Below the pieces are notes generated by a model that saw nothing but the letters and a program-made list of their open reading frames with translations, made no database searches and was not told the DNA's origin. Position numbers and translations under genes: made by a program. Shown piece by piece: positions 26,214-35,669 of a DNA stretch of 42,775 nucleotides (position 1 is its first letter; every line of letters starts with the position of its first letter). The DNA comes from a virus (Duplodnaviria; Caudoviricetes): IMG/VR virus record IMGVR_UViG_3300031825_000025, positions 1 through 42,775 of that record; one strand, written 5' to 3'.

Positions 26214-26704
26214 CAGAACACCCCCGGCGTGGAGCTGTAGCGTGCGGACATCTCCAGGCAGTGCTCATACTGCTGCTGCAGCTCGAACGTCTGGCCGGCG
26301 CTGCCGAACTTGATCTGGTGCGCGACGGCGGCCGCCTTCTGCAGCCAACCATCCCGCGCCGCTGCCTTCAGGTCCCACAGGTCGGAAAACGCGGGCCCGC
26401 AGTCCACCCACACCAACTCGTCGCCGTCTCCCACCTGGCGGCCCTGGTACTGCGCGCACGTAGCGCCCCACTCCGGCTCGGCGGCGTCGCTGGTGCCCGG
26501 CTCCAGGCAGCGATACAGCCGGCCGTTGCGCGCCGTGGAGACCACCGCCTCCCCCACCCCATACGCCGTCGCCGCGGTCCACACGGTGGCGCGAGCGTGC
26601 GTGGTGAGGAGCTCCTCCAACGCTGCCGTATCCAGGGTGGGTTCCTGCGTGGCGGCGACCATCCGGCTGAGCCGGCTCAGTGCTTGATCGAGGGTGAGAG
26701 GCAT
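26213..26704 (-). CDS. Head-tail adaptor with an inserted CBM5/12-like module
   Basis: Helical N- and C-parts (WDLKAAARDGWLQKAA) flank WTAATAYGVGEAV...NGRLYRC...EPEW. Confidence 0.65.
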   Translation of the reverse strand: MPLTLDQALSRLSRMVAATQEPTLDTAALEELLTTHARATVWTAATAYGVGEAVVSTARNGRLYRCLEPGTSDAAEPEWGATCAQYQGRQVGDGDELVWVDCGPAFSDLWDLKAAARDGWLQKAAAVAHQIKFGSAGQTFELQQQYEHCLEMSARYSSTPGVF

Positions 26705-26721
26705 CGGGTTAGGGTCCGGAG

Positions 26722-26749
26722 CCGGAGCAGGGTGTGACCCCTGCTCCGG
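26722..26749 (-). terminator. Stem-loop after the capsid/decoration genes
   Basis: CCGGAGCAGGG-tgtgac-CCCTGCTCCGG. Confidence 0.5.
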
Positions 26750-26756
26750 TCCCTCA

Positions 26757-27167
26757 TCAGGCGACGGGCAGCCGGGCCGGATGGCCGAGGATGGCCAGTG
26801 CGCTGATCAGCGCCGCGGAGGCGTTACCGGTCGGGGTAATCGTCAGGCGCACGTAGCGCTTGCCGCCCACGTAGCCGATCTTCCGGGTTTCGTTGTCGTC
26901 GTCGAACTGGAAGCCCGCGAGCAGCTCCGTGCCGAGGAGGTTGTCGTCGGAGACGGCCGCGGCATCGGAGAGGTTGGCGACGTCGCCGTCTTCCACCAGA
27001 ACGGCGAAGGTGGCGTCGGCGTCCGCAATGCTTCCGGCCAAGATCGCGAACGTCAGGGACTCGAAGCCCTGGCGGTCGATGATCTGGGAGACGAGAGCGG
27101 TATTGTCCGCGTCCGAAACCGGGCTGATGGCGCGGCGGACATCGATGTGATTGTAGAGATCTCTCAC
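26757..27167 (-). CDS. Capsid decoration/cement-like protein
   Basis: IIDRQGFESLTF...KIGYVGGKRYVRL family typically found right after HK97 capsid genes. Confidence 0.7.
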   Translation of the reverse strand: MRDLYNHIDVRRAISPVSDADNTALVSQIIDRQGFESLTFAILAGSIADADATFAVLVEDGDVANLSDAAAVSDDNLLGTELLAGFQFDDDNETRKIGYVGGKRYVRLTITPTGNASAALISALAILGHPARLPVA

Positions 27168-27250
27168 GTGAGTGCCTCACCGGGGACAGCCGGCCCGCGC
27201 CTCTCAGTCGCGCGGGCTCAACTGCTTGCCGGTACAGGGGAAGGCCGCGG

Positions 27251-28444
27251 TTAGGCGGAGAAGACCATCACCTTGATGGCTTCGAAGTTGACGACATCGC
27301 CGCCGGTCCGTTTGGTCACGTAGAACTTCACGAACGGCTTCGAAGTGAACGGGTCGCGGAGCACGCGGATGCCCATGCGGTCCACGATGGTGTAACCCTC
27401 GCGGAAGTCGCCGAAGGCGATGGACAGGGAGTTGGCGCCGATGGCCGGCATGTCTTCGGCTTCGGTGATGCCGTAGTCCAACAGCGAGCCGCTGCGCATC
27501 TTGGTGAAGTCCGGCTGCCACAGGTAGTTGTCGTTGCCGTCCTTCAGCTTGCGGACCTCAGCCAGGGTAAGCCGGCCCATGAGGAACTGCGCGTTCTGGC
27601 GGTAGCGGGCCTTCAGGCTGTACACCAGGTTGATGAGCCGGTCACCGGGGTTAGTGGCGTCGAAAGCGCCGCTGGCACCGGACTTGATCTGCTCGATGGT
27701 GCCGCGAGTGGTGCCGTTCGCATACGTCAGGAAACCGCGCGGCTTGCCGGTGCCGTTGCCGTTCACGAAGGCGGCGTTCTCGGTGCGTCCGAGCTTGTCC
27801 GCGATCTTCCGGCTGAGCCAGCCTTCCACGTCCCACGCCGCGTCGTCCAGCAGGGTCTGAGTCGCCTTCGGCTGCGCGTAGAGTTCTTCCGGAGTGATTT
27901 TCCAGCGCCCGAGTTGCGGCGTGCCGGTCTCGTTGCGGGTACCCATCTCCGCCACCCAGCCGCCGTCTTCCGCCTCGTCGTCATCGACCGGCCCCTCCAG
28001 CGCGCCTACGCTGATGGTCTCCACCGCGCAGATGTTGCGCATCGGGCTGGTCTCATACAGCCGGGTGATGATCCGGCCGGAAGTGTCCACGGGCACCAGG
28101 AAGCCGCCGTCCGGATCGCTGGAGACGTTCATCGCCTTCTGCTCCAACTCGGAGAGGTCGCTGTCCCGGCCCTTGCGGACGAAGCCGCCGAAGAACGCGC
28201 TCTTGTGGGCCAGCTCCTCGCGGGAGAGGCTCTTGCCGTCGCGGTCGCCGCGCAGCGGCAGGCGCTGGGCCTTGGTGACCTGGCCCTGCATGTCCTGCAA
28301 GTCGCTCTCGATCTTCGCCAGCTTCTCGTCGAAGTCGGCGGTGCTCTTGCCCTCTTCCAGGGCTTTGAGCCGGGCGTCGTTCGTCTTCTTGTACTCTTCG
28401 AAGGTGCCCTTGATGCCTTCGACAAGCTCTTTCACTTCGCTCAT
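27251..28444 (-). CDS. Major capsid protein, HK97 family
   Basis: Coiled-coil delta domain; DGGFLVP; AFVNGNGTGKPRGFL; IAFGDF; LRDPF...KRTGG. Confidence 0.96.
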   Translation of the reverse strand: MSEVKELVEGIKGTFEEYKKTNDARLKALEEGKSTADFDEKLAKIESDLQDMQGQVTKAQRLPLRGDRDGKSLSREELAHKSAFFGGFVRKGRDSDLSELEQKAMNVSSDPDGGFLVPVDTSGRIITRLYETSPMRNICAVETISVGALEGPVDDDEAEDGGWVAEMGTRNETGTPQLGRWKITPEELYAQPKATQTLLDDAAWDVEGWLSRKIADKLGRTENAAFVNGNGTGKPRGFLTYANGTTRGTIEQIKSGASGAFDATNPGDRLINLVYSLKARYRQNAQFLMGRLTLAEVRKLKDGNDNYLWQPDFTKMRSGSLLDYGITEAEDMPAIGANSLSIAFGDFREGYTIVDRMGIRVLRDPFTSKPFVKFYVTKRTGGDVVNFEAIKVMVFSA

Positions 28445-28454
28445 GGGTGCTCCC

Positions 28455-29174
28455 TCAGGATGCTGAAATAGCGGCCTGGAGCTTCTTCAAGCTCTGGACC
28501 AGTGCTGCGTCGTCCGCCCCAGCATCCCGCTGGAGGCCGCGCCACCCGTGCCCCGTGAGGGCCGTGGCGGCTTTGCGAGGGAACCCTGCATCCCGCAGGA
28601 AGCCCTCAAATTCGCGTTCCGTCTCCGGCAGCCGTCCGCCGGCACTCTTCACGCCGAGGATGTCCGCCAGGCCGTTGGCCGGGATGGAGACAGGAGAGTA
28701 CTCGTACAGCTTGATCTGGGTGATCAGGCGCAGGCCGTCACTCCACCACGGGAGCGACGCCAGGGCCGCGTTGTAGGCGGCTTCACCCATCCGGGCGATG
28801 CCTTGCTCTTTGGAGAGCATCGTGTAGGCCTCCACCCGGTAGCCGATGGAGAGCTTCTTGATCACGCCGTCCCGCATCAGCGTCAGGCAGTCGCGGCCGT
28901 CCGCGGTGTCGCTGATCCGGCCCTTCACGAACAGGCCCTTCTCGTCTTCGTACGCCTCTACGGGCTTCCCAATTGGCACCCGCATCTGGTGCTGCCAGAG
29001 GATCAGACCCGTCTTCAGGAACTCCGGCAGCGTGAGGCTGAACGCGCCGCGCTCGATGATGTCGCCGTCCTCATCCACGTTGCCGAACGTGGACGCGTAG
29101 CCCGAAAACTCGTTAGCTGCCAGGCCATCCGTGCCGGCCGATTTGAAGGCGAGGGTCTTGTATTGGATCTGCAT
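28455..29174 (-). CDS. HK97-family prohead protease
   Basis: FSGYASTFGNVDEDGDIIERGAF, LWQH, LSIGY, LYEYSPVSIPAN. Confidence 0.93.
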   Translation of the reverse strand: MQIQYKTLAFKSAGTDGLAANEFSGYASTFGNVDEDGDIIERGAFSLTLPEFLKTGLILWQHQMRVPIGKPVEAYEDEKGLFVKGRISDTADGRDCLTLMRDGVIKKLSIGYRVEAYTMLSKEQGIARMGEAAYNAALASLPWWSDGLRLITQIKLYEYSPVSIPANGLADILGVKSAGGRLPETEREFEGFLRDAGFPRKAATALTGHGWRGLQRDAGADDAALVQSLKKLQAAISAS

Positions 29175-29246
29175 GATGGGTGCCTGAGCAGAGCGGGCCA
29201 CCCCGGAAAGGGCGGCCCGCTGGACGTGGAACGAGGTTCCGAAGAG

Positions 29247-29501
29247 TTAGAAGCCTGGCTTCTTTCTGAGCAGCTGACGCGGCGGCTCGGCACTCGCCGG
29301 TGCCAACGGCAGCTGCTCGATGGCCATGTTGAGGTCCCACTGGGCGGCGTCCAGTGTTTTGCGGGCCTGCGTATCTAGCTCGCGGGCTTCATTGAACGTC
29401 GCTTTCGCCGCTTCGTGATACTCGGTCATATTCCGCAGCTCTTCGCGGGCCTTCCGGACCGCGCTAGCGGCGGCCAGCACTGCTTCACGAGGGTCTTGCA
29501 T
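29247..29501 (-). CDS. Small coiled-coil hypothetical protein
   Basis: AAAGGA RBS before ATG 29501; lies between portal-MuF and protease. Confidence 0.6.
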   Translation of the reverse strand: MQDPREAVLAAASAVRKAREELRNMTEYHEAAKATFNEARELDTQARKTLDAAQWDLNMAIEQLPLAPASAEPPRQLLRKKPGF

Positions 29502-29520
29502 CAAACGAGTTCCTTTCGAA

Positions 29521-31950
29521 CTAGGCGGCCGCGTGGGCCTGCGCCTCGGCGAGCGTAGCTGGCCGGCGCATCGTCCCCCAGCGCTCATCGTGCGTCTGGG
29601 TGACCATGTGCCGGAGCTCGATCTTGCCGTCGCGATAGAGGGCATAGGCGCCGCTGCCCAGGATCTCTTCCTGGTCGGCGGCGCTCAGCTTGGCGAACGC
29701 GTCGGTCCCCAGCGCGATCTGGGGGCGGTTATCCGGGAGGGTCAGGTCGCCGGTGATCTCCGCCAGGCTCCGCGTGTTCGGGCATGCGATACAGCGGCCG
29801 TTCGGGTGATCGTCCAGCGTCTCCGAGTTGAGGTGCTTGGTGCCGTGCATCGCCCAGCAGCCGGCGCACGTGCGGGTGGTGAGGGTGGCCAGCCAGGTCC
29901 AGCCCTGCACGACATCCGGGTTGGCGGCATAGTTGTGGACAGCCGCCGTCCGGTGCGCGCGGTTGACCTCCGTGCGGGCCGTGGTGAGGGCGCGGTTGCG
30001 ATTGCCGGCGAAGGCGTCTTCTAGCTTCCGCGCGATGGCCTGCGGGCTCTTCCCTTCCGCGATCCCTTGCAGCAGCGCTTCCCGCGCGTTCTTGGCCAGG
30101 TCCGGCCCCAGCTCCGCCAGGAGGTCGCCCAGGGCGGTACCGTCCGCGCTGTAGCCGACGAAGCTCTCCAGGCTGGACACCGGCAGCCGGTTCCAGGGGA
30201 TGGTGATCCCCTCCGGCAGTTCGCCGAGGGCGGCGCGGGTGAGCAGCTCCGCGTGCGTGGTGGCCGTCTCCATCGCGGCGCGCTTGTAGTCCGCCAGGCG
30301 CGGCCCTTCCTCGGCGCCGAGCCCCTTCATGGAGTCTTCGCACTGCGCGATCAGCTCCTGGTACCGGCGCTCCTGGAAGAGCCAGGAATCGCTGATCGGC
30401 TCATTGGCCAGTTGCGCCGCTTCCATCCGGGTGACAAGCGCGTCCAGCTTCTCCTGGAGCCCGATCTCCACGGTCTCGAGCGCGTGGCGCATCTGCGCGA
30501 CGGCCGCGTCTTCGTGGGTCGCCAGGGCATCCCGAAACGCATCCGCGGCGTTCTCGAGGACGATTTCCGGAGTGCTCGCCTTCTTCGTCCAGAGCGACTT
30601 CTTGCCCGCCGGCAGCTTCGCCGGTACCGGCGGATTGGCCGGGTCGGCGTTCGGGTCGGGCAGCGCCGGCGGCTGCGGCCGTTCCTCTTCCAGCTTCGCG
30701 AGGTCGTCCGGCGTGGTCTGGCGTCCGCCTTCGGAGCGGGCCTCCTCAATCGTGATAATGCCGGCCTCTTTGTCTTTCCGGGCCTGTTCCCGGAGGGCCG
30801 CCTTATCCGGCTGCAGCTCGCCGATATTGGAGCGATCCCACGCCATCATCTCGTCATCGTCAGCACCGTAGAAAGGCAGGGCTTTGACGGTGACCTCTTC
30901 CGCGAAGTAATCCTGGGTCGGGATCAGGCACCCATTCCACGCTTGCCGGACAGCGCTCTCCATGTTGTTGAAGGTGCTGCGCTCCAGACCGGCCTCCAAG
31001 CCGAGCACCACGGGCGGAATCTGGAAGAGGGCCGGGATGCGGGTCTCCGGCGACTTCCGCACCTCGCCCGTGGCCATGTCCTTCGGCTTGAAGCCCAGCT
31101 GAATGAGCTGCATCGCCGAGCTGATAAAGCGGAGCTGCCCCGGGCTGAGCTGCATCTTCTCTTGCAGCTGCTCGGTGAGCACGCGCGCCTCGTCTTCGGT
31201 GAGCACTGGCTCGCCCATGGCGTCCTTCGTGATCCGCGGCGTCAAGATCGCGGGCGGCAGGCCTCCATTGTTGAAAGCGCCCGCCTCGTAATCGGAAGCG
31301 CGGTTATCCTTCACCAGCTCCCGAAAGGCGCTATCGAGGGGCGCAAGCCCCTTGAGTACGTTCCGCGGATCGATTCCAAAGCGGAAGTGGAGCATGAACT
31401 CCGGCTCCACGTCGTACACCTGGCCATCGACCGAGTATTCGTAGTGCGAGAGGTAGCCCGTGGAATCCGGCTTGGGCTCGACGCAACGCGCCGGCAGGTA
31501 ATTGATCTCCGCCAGGCCGCTGCGGCCCGGGATCATGTGACCGTAAGCATTGCCCGCGCTCCAGTAATCCGCATTCAGCGCCCACCACAGCCACTTCCCG
31601 GAGTATTGCGGGTTGGGGCGCTTGAGCAGACTGAGGAGCGGATGCGGCTTCGCGTGCGGCTCGAATTTCCCGCCGTTCATCTTGCCGATCTGCGGGACGG
31701 CCAGGGGCCAGCTCGTGCCAATCCAGTTAAGGCAGATCGCGACAATGGAGTTGGCGAGCGGATCGCCGGCATCGCTGCGTTTGACCGACGTGGGCCGGCT
31801 GCCCATCGTGAGGATCTTCACCAGCTCGCCGCCGACGCTGATGACGTCGCACGGGCCACCATTGGAGCGGGGCACCGGTAGGCGTCCCTTGCCGGCGGCA
31901 CGCGTCGGCGCGGCTTTTCCGGAGAACCAGGGTACAGGGAGAAAGCGCAT
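29521..31950 (-). CDS. Portal protein (HK97-like) fused to a MuF/SPP1 gp7-type minor head domain
   Basis: HPLLSLLKRPNP, GNAY, HFR...GLAPL, FQIPPVVLG portal motifs; Pro-rich linker; ARTEVNRA...WLATLTTRTCAGC...HPNGRC MuF motifs. Confidence 0.9.
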   Translation of the reverse strand: MRFLPVPWFSGKAAPTRAAGKGRLPVPRSNGGPCDVISVGGELVKILTMGSRPTSVKRSDAGDPLANSIVAICLNWIGTSWPLAVPQIGKMNGGKFEPHAKPHPLLSLLKRPNPQYSGKWLWWALNADYWSAGNAYGHMIPGRSGLAEINYLPARCVEPKPDSTGYLSHYEYSVDGQVYDVEPEFMLHFRFGIDPRNVLKGLAPLDSAFRELVKDNRASDYEAGAFNNGGLPPAILTPRITKDAMGEPVLTEDEARVLTEQLQEKMQLSPGQLRFISSAMQLIQLGFKPKDMATGEVRKSPETRIPALFQIPPVVLGLEAGLERSTFNNMESAVRQAWNGCLIPTQDYFAEEVTVKALPFYGADDDEMMAWDRSNIGELQPDKAALREQARKDKEAGIITIEEARSEGGRQTTPDDLAKLEEERPQPPALPDPNADPANPPVPAKLPAGKKSLWTKKASTPEIVLENAADAFRDALATHEDAAVAQMRHALETVEIGLQEKLDALVTRMEAAQLANEPISDSWLFQERRYQELIAQCEDSMKGLGAEEGPRLADYKRAAMETATTHAELLTRAALGELPEGITIPWNRLPVSSLESFVGYSADGTALGDLLAELGPDLAKNAREALLQGIAEGKSPQAIARKLEDAFAGNRNRALTTARTEVNRAHRTAAVHNYAANPDVVQGWTWLATLTTRTCAGCWAMHGTKHLNSETLDDHPNGRCIACPNTRSLAEITGDLTLPDNRPQIALGTDAFAKLSAADQEEILGSGAYALYRDGKIELRHMVTQTHDERWGTMRRPATLAEAQAHAAA

Positions 31951-33497
31951 TAGCCTACCACGACCTTCCGGCGGCCGAGCGTGCCCATAACCCGCTTGAG
32001 GGCGTAAACGAAGGTGTCAACGATGTCGTCATGGGCGCCATTCGGGAAGGCCATCAGCTGGAGGAAGAGGGCTTCCATCCACTCGCGGGCTTCGGGGAAC
32101 TCTTCCAGGTCAGGAAGGCGGATCCGGAGCGCTTCACACAGCGGCGTGACGCCGCGGGCGCGCTCCTCTTTGCTCTCGCTGCCGGTCTGGATGGGAATGA
32201 GGGCTAATTGCGGGTGGGAGCGGCGCACATACTGCATCAGCGTCGTGCCGCTCACCTTGTCTTCCACGTAGTCGCCCTTGTAGAGGGCGCCGTAGCGCTC
32301 GCGCAGCTCCGCGGACTGCGCCACCAGGAGCTTGGCCAGGTCGGGGGTCTCCCACCGGCCGTGCAGGATCTTCAGGATGTAGAGGTAGCCGTCCACACCC
32401 AGGCCGGCCACGCAGCAGGCCGATTCGTCGTTCTTCTGGGCGGCCTTGAGGGCCGTGTCCCAGATCGTCCAGACCTCTTTAAACTCCGGCAGCTTGGCGT
32501 AGCGGGCCACGAACCAGAGCAGCTTGAAGATGTCTCCGTCCGCCGGCGCGGGCCGCTGCTGGTGCTGTCCCGCGAAGTCGGAGTCGCCGAGATCGAGTTG
32601 GATCTCCTCGATCACCTCCGGCGGGAAGAGCTTCGGGAAGAGCAGCTCGCCCGATTCCTTTCGCGGGTCACTCCAACCGATGCCGGTAACCCGGGGAATG
32701 CCGTTCTGCTTCGGGCCGGCGTCCAGGCGCTCCGGTTCGAACAGGGTGGGCAGGCAGAGGTGAACGTAAGCGTTCTTCGGGCTGCGGGCGGACTTCGCGA
32801 GCACGTGGCCGCTGAGGTCCATCTCGTGGAGGCGCTGCATGATGATCACGCGCGCCCCGGTCCGCTGGTCATTGAGCCGAGAGCTCATGACCTTGTCCCA
32901 CCAGAAGATACACTCGGCCCGGGCTAGCTCACTGTGTTGTTCCTTCGCGTTGAGCGGGTCGTCGACAATGGTGCAGTCGCCGCGGAAGCCGGTCGCCCGG
33001 CCGCCCACGGAGAGCGAAAAGCGGAAGCCCCTTCGATCGTTCTCAAAGTTGGACTTAACGTTCTGATCGGTCTTCAGCGACCAGGTGGGCCGGAAGCTGT
33101 CCTGATACCACTCCGAGGTGATCAGGTCGCGGCAGCGGACGCTATCCCGGATGGCCAGGTCTGCCGCGTAGGACGCACTGAGGCAGCGCCACTCCGGACG
33201 GTGCACCCACATCCAGGCCGGCCAGAAGACGCTGACGATCAGCGACTTCATGTGTCCGGGCGGGATGTTGATCAGCAGCCGCTTGATGCGGCCGTCGCTC
33301 ACCGCCTCCAGGTGCTCGCAGATCGCGTCGAGATGCCAGCCCCAGAGGAGCGGCGTGCCCGGCTCCAGGATGTCCCAGCCGTCCCGGATGAACTCCGCGA
33401 GACTACGCCGGGCCAGCTCCGCCCGCACCTCCTGAAACGTCGGGATTCTCTGTTCCGGCGCCGGCGGCGGGGGCGGTTTTGGAGAGGATAGAAGCAA
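31950..33497 (-). CDS. terL: Terminase large subunit
   Basis: INIPPGHMKS Walker A; IVDDP Walker B; IIMQRLH; QQRP; WDTA; FPNGAHDDIVD nuclease end. Confidence 0.95.
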   Translation of the reverse strand: MLLSSPKPPPPPAPEQRIPTFQEVRAELARRSLAEFIRDGWDILEPGTPLLWGWHLDAICEHLEAVSDGRIKRLLINIPPGHMKSLIVSVFWPAWMWVHRPEWRCLSASYAADLAIRDSVRCRDLITSEWYQDSFRPTWSLKTDQNVKSNFENDRRGFRFSLSVGGRATGFRGDCTIVDDPLNAKEQHSELARAECIFWWDKVMSSRLNDQRTGARVIIMQRLHEMDLSGHVLAKSARSPKNAYVHLCLPTLFEPERLDAGPKQNGIPRVTGIGWSDPRKESGELLFPKLFPPEVIEEIQLDLGDSDFAGQHQQRPAPADGDIFKLLWFVARYAKLPEFKEVWTIWDTALKAAQKNDESACCVAGLGVDGYLYILKILHGRWETPDLAKLLVAQSAELRERYGALYKGDYVEDKVSGTTLMQYVRRSHPQLALIPIQTGSESKEERARGVTPLCEALRIRLPDLEEFPEAREWMEALFLQLMAFPNGAHDDIVDTFVYALKRVMGTLGRRKVVVG

Positions 33498-33999
33498 GAG
33501 ACTTCAACTCTTCCAGGCTGAGCGCGGAGAGATCCGGCGGCGCATGTTGGACCTGGACGGGTCCGCCGTTCGCCCCGGTCAGCTCGCGGCGGTTGGTGTA
33601 GACGCCTCCCGTCTCCTTGGAGAGCTGCTCCAGGAGCGAGGCCGCCACCACCGGCGACTTCTGCCGATTGGCCAGGTAGAGCCGATACAGCTCCCACACC
33701 CGAAACGCCTGATTAGCAGCCGGGCAGGCTTTTACGTCGCTGAGGTAGCCTTCGCGGGTCTCCGCGAAGAGGGCCTTCAGCTCCGATCGAAGCTCCCGGC
33801 CGGCGGCCGTCTCCGGGTCGTAGTAGGTGAGCGCCTGAGGCGTCACCTGGACGCCCCAGGTCTCCGCGATCTCCTTGCGGACCTCTGCCGGCGGCACGAA
33901 ACACGCGAGCCGAGTCACTGCCCAGAGCTGTGCCTCTACGGGGAGGCGATTGCGTTCGGGGGCGGTCTCGGGAGAGGGTTCGGGCGCCGGAGTGTCCAT
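33403..33999 (-). CDS. DUF2280-like protein, putative terminase small subunit
   Basis: LACFVPPAEV...YDP...LFAETR...KETGGVYTNRRELTGANGGP; directly upstream of terL. Confidence 0.8.
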   Translation of the reverse strand: MDTPAPEPSPETAPERNRLPVEAQLWAVTRLACFVPPAEVRKEIAETWGVQVTPQALTYYDPETAAGRELRSELKALFAETREGYLSDVKACPAANQAFRVWELYRLYLANRQKSPVVAASLLEQLSKETGGVYTNRRELTGANGGPVQVQHAPPDLSALSLEELKSLASILSKTAPAAGAGTENPDVSGGAGGAGPA

Positions 34000-34025
34000 C
34001 AAGGGTTCTCAAGGGAAACGGGCGC

Positions 34026-34796
34026 TCAGGCCCGGAGGCAGTTGCCGCAGGCGATCTCGATCTGCGCCTGTTCGATCAGCGGCGGCCGCAGCGCGGCGGC
34101 GACCAGGCGCTCTACGCCAGCACTCACGATGCCGTAGCGCGCCACCACGCCGATGTGCTCTTCCACGTCATGGCCGCGGATCGCGAACACCGGATCACCG
34201 AAGCGGTCGTATTTCACGTTGCCTTCCCGGTCCACCCGCAGGCCGCAGTGGTACAGCTCGTGGTCGACCAGGGCGCAAAAGTTAAGGTCCGGATCATCGG
34301 CGGCCGTCACGGCGTCCAGGGTGATGACGAAATCCGGGATGTAGCCGAACCACTGGTTGAGCTGGTAGCGCTCGCGGGCCTTCGTCCACCGCGTGCCCTT
34401 CACGTTGGGAATTTCGGCCGTGCCGGCGATCTGGCGGCCCTGGGAGACGTTCTCCGCCGTGGTCCAGAGGACGCCCACGTCAGCGCCGATGAGGTGCGCG
34501 TGGTCGTAATTGATCAGCGGCGCGCCCTCCTCGAGGTAGACCGACTGGATCCACTCCCACACGTCCGGAGCGGGCCGGAATAGCTCCGCCTGCCGGCCGA
34601 CCTCGATCAACTCGTCAGGCGGCAGGGGCCGGCTGATGGATCGTTCCATCACTGCTGCGTCACTTCCGGTGAGCTTCATCCGGATCTCCGGGGGAGCGGG
34701 TGCCGGCGGGGTCGCGGCCTGCGCGGGCGGCATGCAGAGGAGCACGGGGAGCAGGGCGCACAGAGCGCCGAAGACTGCCACATATCGGGAACGCAT
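34026..34796 (-). CDS. Putative phage metallopeptidase (HExxH) with a signal-peptide-like N-terminus
   Basis: LVDHELYHCG...HDVEEHIGVVARYG; AAGGAGGT RBS before ATG 34796. Confidence 0.85.
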   Translation of the reverse strand: MRSRYVAVFGALCALLPVLLCMPPAQAATPPAPAPPEIRMKLTGSDAAVMERSISRPLPPDELIEVGRQAELFRPAPDVWEWIQSVYLEEGAPLINYDHAHLIGADVGVLWTTAENVSQGRQIAGTAEIPNVKGTRWTKARERYQLNQWFGYIPDFVITLDAVTAADDPDLNFCALVDHELYHCGLRVDREGNVKYDRFGDPVFAIRGHDVEEHIGVVARYGIVSAGVERLVAAALRPPLIEQAQIEIACGNCLRA

Positions 34797-34807
34797 GGGG
34801 ACCTCCT

Positions 34808-35071
34808 TCAGTCCAGGAACACGACGGTGGTACCGCCGGTGGTGTGCAGGAGTTCCACGCGTGAAATGCTGCGGTGGGTTTCCTGAACGTCCGGAGCGGC
34901 ACCCCACTCCATCACGGTTTGACCGGATGGGAACTCGACGCCGGACGCCAGCACCTCGCCGGCCCGGCGAACTTCGAAGCGGCGGAAGCGGCGCGGGCGC
35001 ACCAGGGCGGCCCCGTAGCGATCCGCGAGGGCTTCCACTTCGCGGATCAGCTGAGACAGGCCGTCAGGCAC
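34808..35071 (-). CDS. Hypothetical phage protein
   Basis: GEVLASGVEFPSGQTVMEW motif; overlaps the lysin stop. Confidence 0.6.
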   Translation of the reverse strand: MPDGLSQLIREVEALADRYGAALVRPRRFRRFEVRRAGEVLASGVEFPSGQTVMEWGAAPDVQETHRSISRVELLHTTGGTTVVFLD

Positions 35072-35669
35072 GCGAGACCGCCACCAGGTCGGCCGCGTCG
35101 ATCAGGTAGTAGTGGAAGCGGGTCTGCTCGGACATCTCCAGGATGCGCAGGAAGACCTGCCAACTGCGGCTGTTCCAGTCGCCGCGCAGGATCTGGCAGC
35201 CGGCGGAGTGCGGGCCCACACTGGCGACGTTGCCGCCGGCGTGAATGTCGATCCCGAAGTAACCGCTCTCCACCTGTTCGTGCGGGTCCTGAACGTGGTC
35301 GCCGTTCCGGTCCCGCCACACGGAGACCGGCCCGGCCTGCACCAGGGCGCGGTGGCCGCGGTGCGTGCCGAACTGGTAATCCCACTGGCCGTTGCGGAGG
35401 TGGGCGCAGCCATCCTTATCCAGCGGCTTGCTGGTGTAGAACTGCCCGGGATCCACGGAAGCCTCAAAGAGGCTCAACTCCGTGCCGAAGACCGCAATCG
35501 TGTCGTTGTACCGGTCCGGCGCGTTGGCACCGGTCAAGATGACCCGCGAGCCGACCGGAGTGGCACCGCGGATGCCGAGCAGGTGCAGCTGCCCCGATCC
35601 GGCCACGTGGCCGAGCCGTTCCAGGCACTGCCGGATCAACCCGTTAGTGAGCTGGATCTGCTGCCCCAT
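35064..35669 (-). CDS. Putative endolysin, L,D-transpeptidase (YkuD)-like Cys enzyme
   Basis: GIDIHAGG...SAGCQ His/Cys motif; GIRG, YND, DPG, VWRD motifs; lysis position upstream of the terminase. Confidence 0.65.
   Translation of the reverse strand: MGQQIQLTNGLIRQCLERLGHVAGSGQLHLLGIRGATPVGSRVILTGANAPDRYNDTIAVFGTELSLFEASVDPGQFYTSKPLDKDGCAHLRNGQWDYQFGTHRGHRALVQAGPVSVWRDRNGDHVQDPHEQVESGYFGIDIHAGGNVASVGPHSAGCQILRGDWNSRSWQVFLRILEMSEQTRFHYYLIDAADLVAVSRA

Noticed and set aside
29521-29700. MuF polymorphic toxin with an immunity gene at 29247..29501
   Set aside because: The C-terminal extension after the MuF motif is short with no toxin motif, and the downstream ORF looks like a simple coiled coil.
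4251-31881. Long opposite-strand ORFs (4251..6269, 7842..9554, 11941..13992, 17449..19275, 19303..20502, 30067..31881)
   Set aside because: They shadow clearly identifiable genes; high GC3 suppresses stops on the antisense strand, and the translations show no motifs.
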